Under the pieces are notes generated by a model, which saw nothing but the letters and a program-made list of their open reading frames with translations, had not been told where the DNA came from and searched no databases. Source: Ginkgo biloba (Eukaryota > Plantae > Ginkgophyta). From it: DNA of 23,547 nt. Within the stretch, counting starts at the first letter, position 1. Each line of letters begins with the position of its first letter. The translations under genes were made by a program, and so were the position numbers. The stretch is from NCBI GenBank assembly GCA_024626585.2, contig JANKJI020000004.1:173709467-173733013 (forward strand), read 5' to 3'. This document shows positions 1-11,100 of the stretch, one piece after another.

Positions 1-1616
1 AATGTGCTCAAGTCGAAATAATCTCATCCCACTTCAACCAAAATACTAAACCAAGTCTTGGTTAAAGGATGGAATTTGATATTTATTTTTTTGTGTAATC
101 ATACACAAGAAAACATATCCAAGTAATTCAACATACATTCCCATCATAGTGTCTTATTATTCACATTAAATTTGATCTTGTATTTGCCATTGGAGTCTTT
201 AAAATATTCATTTGTCTTGCATTTGTGCTCANNNNNNNNNNNNNNNNNNNNNNNNNGATGCAAACCCAAGGTCATTGACTCTACAAATCTCCATGTGAAT
301 CCTTTATAAATAATAGTGGGACGAGAGCATAATATCATGGATGATCAATTGAAGAAAGAGCCTATAAAGGAAAAGGAAAATCCTTATAAGAATGCTCCAA
401 AGAAGCATCAAAATAGAACATATTATAATATATCACCATAATATATAGAATTACTAGTGGTTCTACGTTTTCTATTCATTCCCTTCTAATGGCATGGGGG
501 CCAGACATGCATGTGTATTACACATGTAGATGTGTGAAATGTTGAGTTAGAAGTAGAAGAGTTAGGGTTTCGATCCCCATGACTAAAGAAGCTAATAACA
601 ATGAAGATCTAGTCCTCCTAATAGATCCATTTATACGGGATTCATCCTCTAATTAATGAGAATACACGTAGAGTAAAAAAATTACATTGATTAGAAGATA
701 GAAGCATTCAATGAGGTTGAACAAACTAATCTTGAAAAAGAATGAAAATATACCAATGTTAAGAAAGAAACATCTATGTTTTTGTGTCCCAAGACATAAA
801 TCNNNNNNNNNNNNNNNNNNNNNNNNNNNNNNNNNNNNNNNNNNNNNNNNNNNNNNNNNNNNNNNNNNNNNNAATTAACTCAAAACATCATTAAAAGGAA
901 TCTATAAGTCAAGAACCTAAGTTCCTTATGCCAAAAGGTATGTAAGAAGAAAAAAGACACCTCCAACCTAAATACAACTCTATAAGTAAGGTGCCTAAGC
1001 TTAAGATAAACAAGGGGCTCATTCATCATTCTTTCTCATCTCATTGTTAGCTCTCTCTACTACCTCTTCTTCCAAGAAGAATTTTCTACTTTAGGAAGCA
1101 TGTGCTCCCAATTTAGAGTCCTATTGTAGGTAGAAAATGCCCCATACCTTTCTTCTCTCTCTAGGTAATAGGTGGCCCAAAATCTTCTAGTTCTGACTAC
1201 TTCTTGATTTTAATGACATTATCACTGCGACTAGATATTATGTTTATCTTGATATATCAAATATTTTTTCTTGCACTATGACGTGGTATTGTTCGTATTG
1301 GATTATATATACTATTTACTTTTCTATGAATTTTTAAGTAGTTTCCTATTCAGAACCCTACAAGTGGCATCAAATCTCTAACGATCTCGTACTAAGAAAC
1401 TTATATCATTCAAACAAGATAATAGATCAATGAAAGTATGGAACGAGGAAAGAAAATCCTAGACTAGTTGATGACAACTATAAGAAGATGAGTACTAGGG
1501 TTAATAAAATTAAAGANNNNNNNNNNNNNNNNNNNNNNNNNNNNNNNNNNNNNNNNNNNNNNNNNNNNNNNNNNNNNNNNNNNNNNNNNNNNNNNNNNNN
1601 NNNNNNNNNNNNNNNN

Positions 1617-1948
1617 TCATGAAAAACTTTGGTAACATGAACAAATTCAAGAGCAAACTTGCAGGCCTGCATAAGTCGGTCTCCACCCTTAGCTGCATCA
1701 ACTAGATATATAACATCCTCAAATGCAAGTTGTATGACACATAGACGACCATATCAGGCTAGCTCAACACCCTTACAATCAAAGCCAATCACCAATTTCT
1801 TTGCAGGAGAAAGCTCAAGAAATGCACATGGAAGTTGTGATGCCTCAACGATAATATGTACATGCATAGGTGCCAAATGAACCTTTGATGCTTCCATATT
1901 ACCTTATGAGATTGCAATGCCTGGGACTAAAGGCACAGTCGTTGGCAT
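1617..1948 (-). pseudogene. Degraded, intron-free fragment of a plant EXD1-like DEDD 3'-5' exonuclease (exonuclease-KH family resembling Arabidopsis At2g25910)
   Basis: One minus-strand frame reads MPTTVPLVPGIAIS*GNMEASKVHLAPMHVHIIVEASQLPCAFLELSPAKKLVIGFDCKGVELA*YGRLCVIQLAFEDVIYLVDAAKGGDRLMQACKFALEFVHVTKVFH and then enters an N gap. This matches the family pattern I recall (QLP..FL.PSP.KKLVIGFDCEGVDL.R.G.LC.MQ.AF...IYLVD...GG...M.ACKPALES..ITKVIHD). It has two in-frame stops, and ExoI D-x-E reads D-x-K. Confidence 0.85.
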
Positions 1949-2759
1949 CCATGGGAGTTGAAAGGAAGGGAAGCGACAAGCCATCATATCACCTCCCACG
2001 TGCTATATTCTCCTCGATGGTGCAACTTCTACTATGGATGCCACACATGAGCCACAATCACCAACTCTTGATCTAGGTGACCCTATTGGATTGTCAAAAT
2101 GTCCATTGACTAGGACTATTGGATCATCATCCTTTGCATACAGGAATGTTGGTGTGGTTTCTATAGAACAGAGATATGCTGCGACCCAAGAATATCATGT
2201 TGAAGGAGCAACTCATAGATGTCTCATCAACTTCAACACTGATGTTAGAGCTCACATGACCAACAAAATCCTCCAACTGCGACTTTATGTAATGAGGATT
2301 GACTTCTTGACGAATGCTAATTTCCTCATCAAGATGTGGCAAAATGCTTCATGGCTCTTCCCTCTAAGAATTGATCTGTTGATGCATCGTCAAGCAAGGG
2401 ATTTATGTGTCTCATATTTATGATCCTATATGCATCATAGCTATAAGGAAGTGCATAGCTACATGCACAGTTTCATTCCTTTTTCTCCCTTCTTCTCTTA
2501 AATTTCTATAATGACATCCACGGATGGTTTAGTGATTACATTGATGAGATATTCAACACCGAAGTATAATGCAACTGCCATGTATAAAGAACTTTACATG
2601 GTTCCAAAGAGATAATTTTCTTATGGATAGAGGTTAGTGATGAGAAACAAAGATATTTCGAAAAGCATGAAGGCATTTTAACAACAAATAGAAAATCATG
2701 GAGGGCAGCACTAGTACAACAAGAATATTATAAAGATGGATTTATTGAACATAAGTTGC

Positions 2760-2852
2760 AGCCCCATAGGGGTTGCTGAGAATCTCATCACAATGGCCGC
2801 CTTCCAATGCTCCCAATCTTTGAATCTGTAATCTGTCTCCCTCTCCTTACTT
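2760..2852 (-). mobile_element. Possible retrotransposon gag remnant
   Basis: SKERETDYRFKDWEHWKAAIVMRFS resembles the gag W..(F/W)K......RF pattern; short and cut by an N gap. Confidence 0.25.
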
Positions 2853-3176
2853 NNNNNNNNNNNNNNNNNNNNNNNNNNNNNNNNNNNNNNNNNNNNNNNN
2901 NNNNNNNNNNNNNNNNNNNNNNNNNNNNNNNNNNNNNNNNNNNNNNNNNNNNNNNNNNNNNNNNNNNNNNNNNNNNNNNNNNNNNNNNNNNNNNNNNNNN
3001 NNNNNNNNNNNNNNNNNNNNNNNNNNNNNNNNNNNNNNNNNNNNNNNNNNNNNNNNNNNNNNNNNNNNNNNNNNNNNNNNNNNNNNNNNNNNNNNNNNNN
3101 NNNNNNNNNNNNNNNNNNNNNNNNNNNNNNNNNNNNNNNNNNNNNNNNNNNNNNNNNNNNNNNNNNNNNNNNNNNN

Positions 3177-3314
3177 GGTGTCAAAAAAATCGATCATCCT
3201 ATATATTTTGTAAGTAGGAAGTTGAGTAAGGATGAGATGAATTATTCCACGACAAAAAGGGAAGCGTTGGAAATTATTTATTTAGTACAAAGGCTTCAAC
3301 ATTATTTGTTAAAG
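3177..3314 (+). mobile_element. Ty3/Gypsy LTR-retrotransposon pol fragment (RNase H)
   Basis: Reads GVKKIDHPIYFVSRKLSKDEMNYSTTKREALEIIYLVQRLQHYLLK, matching the Gypsy RNase H signature HPI.F.SR.LS..E.NYSTTE.E.L.I...V..F.HYLL. Bounded upstream by an N gap and decays downstream. Confidence 0.85.
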
Positions 3315-3551
3315 AGAATTCCAGCTAGTGCCTAGTATTAGTTGTTTGGCATAGCAATTTGTGTGTTTATTATCATGTCTAAGTGTTAAATATTAGAGCA
3401 TGCATTCATTTCAATGTTTTGCATGTATGAGATAGTAAGTGGGCAATAGAAAGATGCTTCAACCATGCATTTAGTAGTTGGGTTACTAGAGGGATTGTTA
3501 CAAGTGTGATGTGGAGGCATGAAATAGAGGTCATACAACTACAAACCTAGG

Positions 3552-3810
3552 TCATACAACATGAAAAATGAGAAGGTGGGATGAGGACTGAACCAAAAAT
3601 TGTCCAATAATAGCTACAAATTGTACAATAAGAAAGCACAATGGGAAGCAAGGGGGATGCACCATATGCCTTGAAAGAAGAGATTTTGATACAACCAAAT
3701 GGAAACGGAATATGAAAAAACAATAGTCAAGTAGGGTAGGAATATCATGGAATTCAACGTCCATCTATAAGATGGATAAGCATTTATGTAATGGGACTAG
3801 AATTTTGAGT
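3552..3810 (-). mobile_element. Possible highly degraded L1 LINE ORF2 remnant (region after the RT core)
   Basis: FRFHLVVSKSLLSRHMVH...IIGQFL...FHVV* resembles the L1 GR..V....L.....Y......R.FLW....VAW segment. By-eye similarity only. Confidence 0.3.
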
Positions 3811-6800
3811 GACTAATACTATTGACATTGATACATAAACAAACATGAGTGCATGTGTGTTTGGAATCTTGAAGCACTTGTGTTTAGAGTTTGAAATATT
3901 TTCTTTTGTATAAACGGAGGAGGAAAACAACTTGATTAAGTTAAGACCTCATTTTTTATGCTTTGTAAGGTTGGTGGACATGAGACCTAGAGAGGTGGAC
4001 TATTAGATGTAAGTGATTGTCTAGGATACTTGTAGCCACAGGGGTCCACTTCAATATAAATTGGTAGGTAGGATAACAAGTGGTCAGTCATAGGTGGAGA
4101 CATAAGTGGTACATTCTTCTATAGGAGAGGCTAAATAGAAACCAAGTTTGATTAACCTATGAGGAGCATTTATGAAGGATTATGCATTGTCTATACTATA
4201 TATCTAAATAAATTAGGAGTGTACATCCATCTACAAGTTATATTNNNNNNNNNNNNNNNNNNNNNNNNNNNNNNNNNNNNCTTGATTAAGGGATTTAATA
4301 CAATAGAACCTAACAACCAAAAAGCGATGCTAAAACAAATGCTCAGGTAAATGGGTGGAAGATCAAATCTAACATGAAATTATTGTAAAAAGAGTAACTT
4401 GGTTAGGACAAAACAAATATCAAATATGCTCCTGGGCAGGTTTCTTTCTCAACGTTTCAACCAAAAGGACACATCATTAGGTACGGAATGGTACTAATGG
4501 TGGGAATATATATATAAACCCAGAGCCTTCAATGTATTTCACATCGTTAGAAAATTAAAAGGTTGTTTGCAAGAAACATTTGAAATTCAATAATTGGAAT
4601 CCAACAACAAAATCTAATGGATAGAATCAAGTGGAGAAAATCATGTTACAACCCAACAAATGTAGGCTAATTTAACTTTGAAGAAGGGAAAAGTTTAATG
4701 TTAACACAAGTGTAATGCAACTAATGATATCAATGACTAGAGAAGTAATGAAGAGAGAGAAAAGGAAGCAAAGCAAGATCCATTACTTAAACCATAACAA
4801 GATGCCTCCAATAGGATGATGACACGAGGCAAATGAATCCATTAAAAAACATTTGGTGTTAGGGAATCACCAATAGCAAATCCAACATTTCTATGTATGT
4901 TTTCGGCCTTGTTCTTTTATATATTTAGAAGTTACAAAGGCTTGACTCTAATCACTTGGCTTAGGGTGCTAGCACTTTCTTCTTTTGGCTTGATTTTATG
5001 ATGCATAGTTGGGAGTTTTTTTAAAGGCATTGTATTTCTAAATTAAGAGGATATTTTGTGGTTGGATAGGTGACGTTTCACCTCATCCATTTTTTGCGTC
5101 ATCACAACTAGGCACTTTGATGGAAACACATATGTGCATCACTGGGCATATTTTGAGCTAGGGAGGTGATGTCTCACCTAACCCTATTTTTGGATAACTA
5201 TGGTTGAGCACTGCTTCCTGACAATAACATCTTACTCTACAAAGACCATAAACATCATCTATAACTCCTTACCAAAAAAGTGACACAAGCATTTTGGAGG
5301 ACTGCATGATACCTTGGATGCTAGTTTTGATGTAGTAGAAGGCTAGATTGCAAAGTGTTGCACTGCAAGCCTAGAGGATGGATGTTTTTACCCACAGATA
5401 ATTTTAGCATTTTTAGCCAGAGCATTTTGACTAGGTAAGCCCTCAAAATTTGAGTATTCAAAAATCCTAATTTTGCATAAGCATCTCCAAATTGTTGGAA
5501 ATTTAATATAAATTGTTTGTATTTTGAATTCTATCTGCATAAATTATTATAAACAATATAAGCCAAAGTTTTGAAATCTGTTTAGATAAATCAATATAAA
5601 CATGTTAAACTCTCATGTTTTAAAAATGGTTCATATAGAGTAGGGTGGCTCCGATCAAGGGGTCTTTTGGATGCATTTATGATTATTTATTGTTCTTATG
5701 TTGTTTCATATCAACTATTGACATAGGAAACTACTCTTTTGCATCATGTAGATTATTTTACCATTCATTTTACAAAAATCCTAAATACTAGTTTAGGGTA
5801 ACATGACATTTAGCCGAAGTACTCAACTAGGAGATTGCTTTCTCCCACTTTAAACTATGCATTAGCATTTATTAGTCCTATGNNNNNNNNNNNNNNNNNN
5901 NNNNNNNNNNNNNNNNNNNNNNNNNNNNNNNNNNNNNNNNNNNNNNNNNNNNNNNNNNNNNNNNNNNNNNNNNNNNNNNNNNTTCTTTGGTCTTAGTGGC
6001 CAGGGATGAGGGCATTAGTTGTCTCAATACCATCTGGGCACTGCCAATTTTATGTCCTTTTTGTTAAGCATTGGCTGTAATCTTGGCATTTTTGAATTTT
6101 ATAGGGGCAGGCCCCTTCCAATACAAGATTAGCCTCTGGAAACAGAATTCCCAACAATATTTGAGCTGCTGCCAACCTGGTGTAAGCAATAACTCTCTGT
6201 CATAAAAACCACGCCTTAGGAAATGCTTTTTCAATTGAATTATGCAGCTTTTTTATCGCTGTATGTATTTGGCCTCATGTACTCTGTTCTTGTTGGAAAA
6301 AGATGTGTTGCATTTGTGCTCTGACCTTGTTTGAATATTACGATATTCCATTGTATACAGTTTCATACACTGCTCTCATAAAAATTTCAACGAATTGCAG
6401 TGTATATAGACTCTTGCATTCTTTTCTCAGTTAAATTTATTTACTGCAATGCATATAAGTAATGCTGCTATATATATGATTCCATAATCCATGGATTAAT
6501 GCTTCAATTCATTGGGCTATTAATGGAAGTTTGGTGTTTTTTACCAAATTTCAAAAAATTGTGTTCATTCACTTTACATTTTTAAAAGATTCAATACAAA
6601 ATCTACAGCATTAGGCAACTTTTGCTTGAGGTAACGACAAAAGGTTTATAGGAGTTGGACATGTGTTTATAAATTTTCTCTTTTCATTTAAAAAAAAAAA
6701 ATTAATAATGGTTTCTTGGAAAGAGTGTCCACTGTGGGTATATGCTGATGTATTGGAGAAAAAAAAGGGGGGCACCAAAGCAATCAAATGCAAATAACCA

Positions 6801-7286
6801 GAACGTGGAAAGAAATTTCAAGCAAATTATTCACAAGTGAAGGCACATTTTTTGTGTATTTCGGATTTTGGAGTTGACATTTGTTACAAATCATTTAAAT
6901 ACTCTAATTTCAAAAAAGATTTGCTCAACTTCAACGGGCATATGATGGTATTTCAAATTTATTTTGTTGGTGAAGAAATTGAATCCAACTCTTTTGTTGT
7001 CAGATCTCTTTTTTCCATACCTAATACTGCTGCACCTTGGAAGAGAGGACATGTTTCTTCCATTCATACCGTGTTCGATGCAGCCAGTAGTAGGCTCTTC
7101 TATTTCAATTTTTAATTGAATGTAAATGACTCAATATGATAGATTGTTCATTAATCATTATTTTAACTTTACCATATATGTTATGAACACTAATGGAATA
7201 TTGCAATTTTAATTTGCAATATATTTGATATTTATTATTTTAAATATTCTAAATTAATTTTAAATATATTAAATTACACACACACA

Positions 7287-7293
7287 TATATAA
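7287..7293 (+). promoter_or_regulatory. Possible TATA-like box upstream of RAD5
   Basis: TATATAA follows a short (AC)5 run at the end of a very AT-rich block, about 270 bp before the ATG; could be chance. Confidence 0.2.
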
Positions 7294-7563
7294 CCGTTTC
7301 TGTATACTGGTGCACTCACGTTTCTTTGGTACTGACTTAGGCCTGTCCCTTGCATCCCCATCCCTGTGCACCCATACAAACTTGTTGATTCCCTGCACTC
7401 AATGCATTATGTTCTTGCTTGAAAGAAGTCAACATACTGCAATTTATGTAGTCCGACACACTGTTTTTGACTTAAGTTCTGTTCTCAAGCAAGAGTTTTC
7501 TGAGTCTATTGATCTGCTTATTTGCTTGGTGCCTCTCCAGTGGGGTCATCTTCTTTCAACCAG

Positions 7564-8199
7564 ATGGGGAGCACTGAAAACGGTGAAAGGATTAAGGCTA
7601 TGAGAGCAGTTTTGGGCTCTGACCCATCAGATATGGATATTATTCGGGCTCTTCATCTTGCAAAGAATGATTTAACTGCAGCCATAAACATAATGTTTGA
7701 CACTCCTAGCTTCCACAACAGAGACAAGTTCAACATAAAACGCACCACACCTGGGGGTGGAGCTCGAGTTTCAGTGGTTGAGAAACAAAACACTGCAAGT
7801 AGTCCACACGTGCCAATTGGGGGATCTCAGTCAATGGCTATACCTAAAATCACTCCCATTGAGTATTCAGACTCTAATGACAATTCTGTTAATCCTTCTC
7901 AAGCATACAAGCAGGGCATTTCTGCAACAAGTGATTGTGTTTCCCCTGGTGGGATTTCTAGCAAGAAACATGTTGCAGATTTCAGAACCCAGTCGATGGA
8001 AGATGAATGGTGGTTTGTGGGTGGCACTGAAGTAATGGGTTTTTCAACTTGTAGAGGCAGAAAGCTTAAAAGAGAAGAAATTGTCTCGTTTTCCTTTCCC
8101 AAACCATCCAATAAAACTGGCTTCAGACGTTGGGGAAGAGGAAAGGCTGCATCTGCCTGTTCTGAGATTGTGAGATTTTCTACAAAACAAGCTGGCGAG
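7564..8199 (+). CDS. RAD5: RAD5 coding exon 1 (MGSTENG...STKQAGE; CUE/UBA-like N-terminus, start of HIRAN)
   Basis: ATG at 7564 lines up with the plant RAD5 N-terminus ([21 protein letters not shown]); donor GAG|gtgaga at 8200. Confidence 0.9.
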
Positions 8200-11100
8200 G
8201 TGAGATTTATTTTGTTTTAGAATATTTTAGTTTAACAAGGAAAAACCAAGTTTTTGATTCAGAGTGGCTTGAGATAATATCATCCAGGGTATTCACTTAC
8301 CTTTGTAATTTGGATGGAAAACACAGATTGGGCGCCTCCCTGCAGATTGGACTCGGTGTCTTATACCTTTGGTCAATTCAAAGAAGGTGAAGATTGAGGG
8401 TCGCTGCGTAGCTGCACCTGAGAGCCTTGCGATGATGGACAGCATACTATTGAGTGTCAGGTAGGCCACTTAATATGTTAGGATCATTGATAATCCAGAT
8501 TTTCTGCTGGCTAATTGCCCAATGCCAACTAGGGTCATTAGCTCACTTCCCATCGTTGGATGTACTCGGCAATCATTGACCTTGGCTATTGTAACTTTGA
8601 GAAGCTTGAGCTTACCTTGATTCTTTTTTTGTTGGGATTATATTTTGATTTATTTTTATGGAGATGATATTATTTTTGTGTTATCTGCAGGTTGTACATT
8701 AACAATTCAATTTTTAAAAACGCTAGTGGATCTTCATCAAAGTTGATTGCTTCATCAACAGAGGATACTACTGTTCATCCTCTTCCAACCTTATTTAGGT
8801 TACTTGGCAAAGAACCGTTTCAGAAAGTAAGAATACTGCGCTTTCAAAGCTGGGGTGCTTATTTTATTCCATGTCATTTTTGTTTTGGGGTATTTTACCA
8901 GGTTTATGCATCATGAAATGTACATGGTGTCACATTAGGCATTTGTTTTTGAAACATAATGTATCATTCATCAATATTGAAAGCCTGTAGGTACTGTATA
9001 TCTTCTACCCCAATTTTCAGTCAGGGAAAATTACCCATTTAATATTTGTGAATGAAAACTGTTAGTATTACCTTGGTGATCAATTTATCTTATTTTCCAG
9101 TATATACTGTTCTTGCATAAACTTTATCTTATTTTCCAGTATATACTGTTCTTGCATGAACTTTTTATATCAACTTTCTGAGTCTTTCATATTCCCAGCA
9201 TAAGCATGATCCTCTCTTCCCTGCTCATGTCCATATGCTCCTTGGTTTTCTTCCCTTGCTTGGACTTATTTGAATAAGATGAATGCTTCATTTTGCATGA
9301 ACATCATTGCTTAGCATATTAACCATGCCCTATTGATTGCCCTTCTTGAACTCAAAACTACTGATGCATGGTTCACGTTTGTGGCTATTTCAATACTAAG
9401 CATAGGTTGAAAAGGGGAAGCATAAATTTGAAGAGTGTGGACAAACTAGTTTGGATTTTTGCTATCTTTTTGGTTGCTGGTAACTGGCAAATCCTTTCGG
9501 GTTCTTAGATAAGCATATGGCTTTGGCTTTCTTGTGTTCTAGGCCGAGTTCACTCCAGAGGACCTTTATACCCGAAAACGTTCATTAGATCTGAAGGTAT
9601 GGTGGTGTTTGTTTCTCTTTCTTTTCTTTTCTTCTTTGATATAATTGTAATTTTACATCGAGCACTTTGAACTCCATTGCCTGTCAGTGAAAATTGGTTT
9701 GCTTTTGTGGTATCTGAAAATCCCATGGAGTTATTTCACTTACATACATAATGTGGGTCCTAACACCATTGGTTGAGATATCCAGCAATATTGTCACAGG
9801 GTCTCTACCTTGTGAACTAACTGTGTTTTTGCCCTTTTTCCGTGGTTTTGTGATCAGGAGGCCTCTGGACTCTCAGTGGCACTGCTGCCTGCGCAAAAGT
9901 CTAGAAAACCTGCTGCAGGTTCAAGTGAACAGGAGAATGAGGGAGAAGAGGTTCTGTCTGATTCGGATTTGAACAAACTTGTTGGTGCATCAGAGAGTTG
10001 TAATCTGGAGGTTCTCATCATATCCTATCATTGACTCCTACCTATAATTAGTTTCATGCTACTCTATTCTGTCTTTTCTGTAGCAGACTGATCTGAAATA
10101 CATTACTGACAGAGACTTTTCACCATTATTGCAGGAAATGGATCCGCCTTGCACACTGCTTTGCGAGTTGCGTCCGTATCAAAAGCAGGCTCTGTCCTGG
10201 ATGACAAAATTGGAGAGTGGAACTGAAATTGAAAAGGCGGCAAAAACTCTTCATCCCTGCTGGGATGCGTACCATGTTGCTGATGAGTATGATTTGACGT
10301 ACTGCTTACTTGAGTTATGCATAAAATAATGCTCACTGCCTATTTCACTGTCTATGTATTTATGGTTTAATTTGTTTATTTACAGGAGGGCAACAGCTGT
10401 ATATGTGAATGTTTTCTCAGGGGAGGCAACTGCAGAGTTTCCTAGTGCATTGCAAATGGCAAGAGGAGGAGTATGTCTTGCATTCTGTTTTACACGTGAT
10501 TGTAGAGGAAGATGTGCCATCTTCTGTTCTGTTTATCTGTGACTGTGGGGAAAGATAATGCATCTTTTGTTCATATTTTCTTGATTTCATTCTCATTTCA
10601 GTATCTGACTTGACATTCCTTCACAGATTCTGGCAGATGCAATGGGCCTTGGGAAGACTGTCATGACAATCTCCCTTTTGCTGGCAAACCCTGGTAAAGG
10701 AGGCTATGAGGTTGTAGGTGATGCTGAGCTTCAAAATGAAGCTGCCTGTGGTGAAATTACTGTCTCAGATCCTTCTGATAATAATCTTGTTCTGAAATCA
10801 CCTCAGCAACCTAATCAAGGCAGAAGTAAACTCAGAAAATCCAGAAGTGGATTACACAAGGGAGGGGGTACCCTGATAGTCTGTCCCATGACCTTGCTAG
10901 GGCAATGGAAGGTGTGTTATGATGGATCTTGTATAATCATGGGCGGCTTTGTGTTATCTGTTGATTCTCTATTTTCTTTTGAACAACTGGTCCTATGCCA
11001 TTAGGACAGTAGCTTGATTTTGTAAATCTATCTACTGGTTTCCATGCATTTTTAGGTTCATCATTTAACTCCGTGTTATGTTCTTGAAAGTACAGACAGA

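Noticed and set aside
566-578. ggtttcgatcccc, similar to a tRNA T-loop / B box
   Set aside because: No A box or cloverleaf can be built around it.
2034-2423. 129-aa plus-strand ORF as an independent gene
   Set aside because: No recognisable domain; it is antisense to the coding-like sequence that leads into the exonuclease pseudogene.
2711-3217. Long ORFs containing runs of X (also 144..338, 20983..21438, 22369..22680)
   Set aside because: They are artefacts of reading through N gaps.
7522-7563. 14-codon N-terminal extension in the ORF track (MLGASPVGSSSFNQ)
   Set aside because: It starts at TTG, similarity to RAD5 begins at ATG 7564, and the stretch looks like a splice acceptor region.
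9855-9860. CAGGAG tandem (NAGNAG) acceptor at exon 5
   Set aside because: GAG is rarely used as an acceptor and the effect would be one residue in a variable linker.
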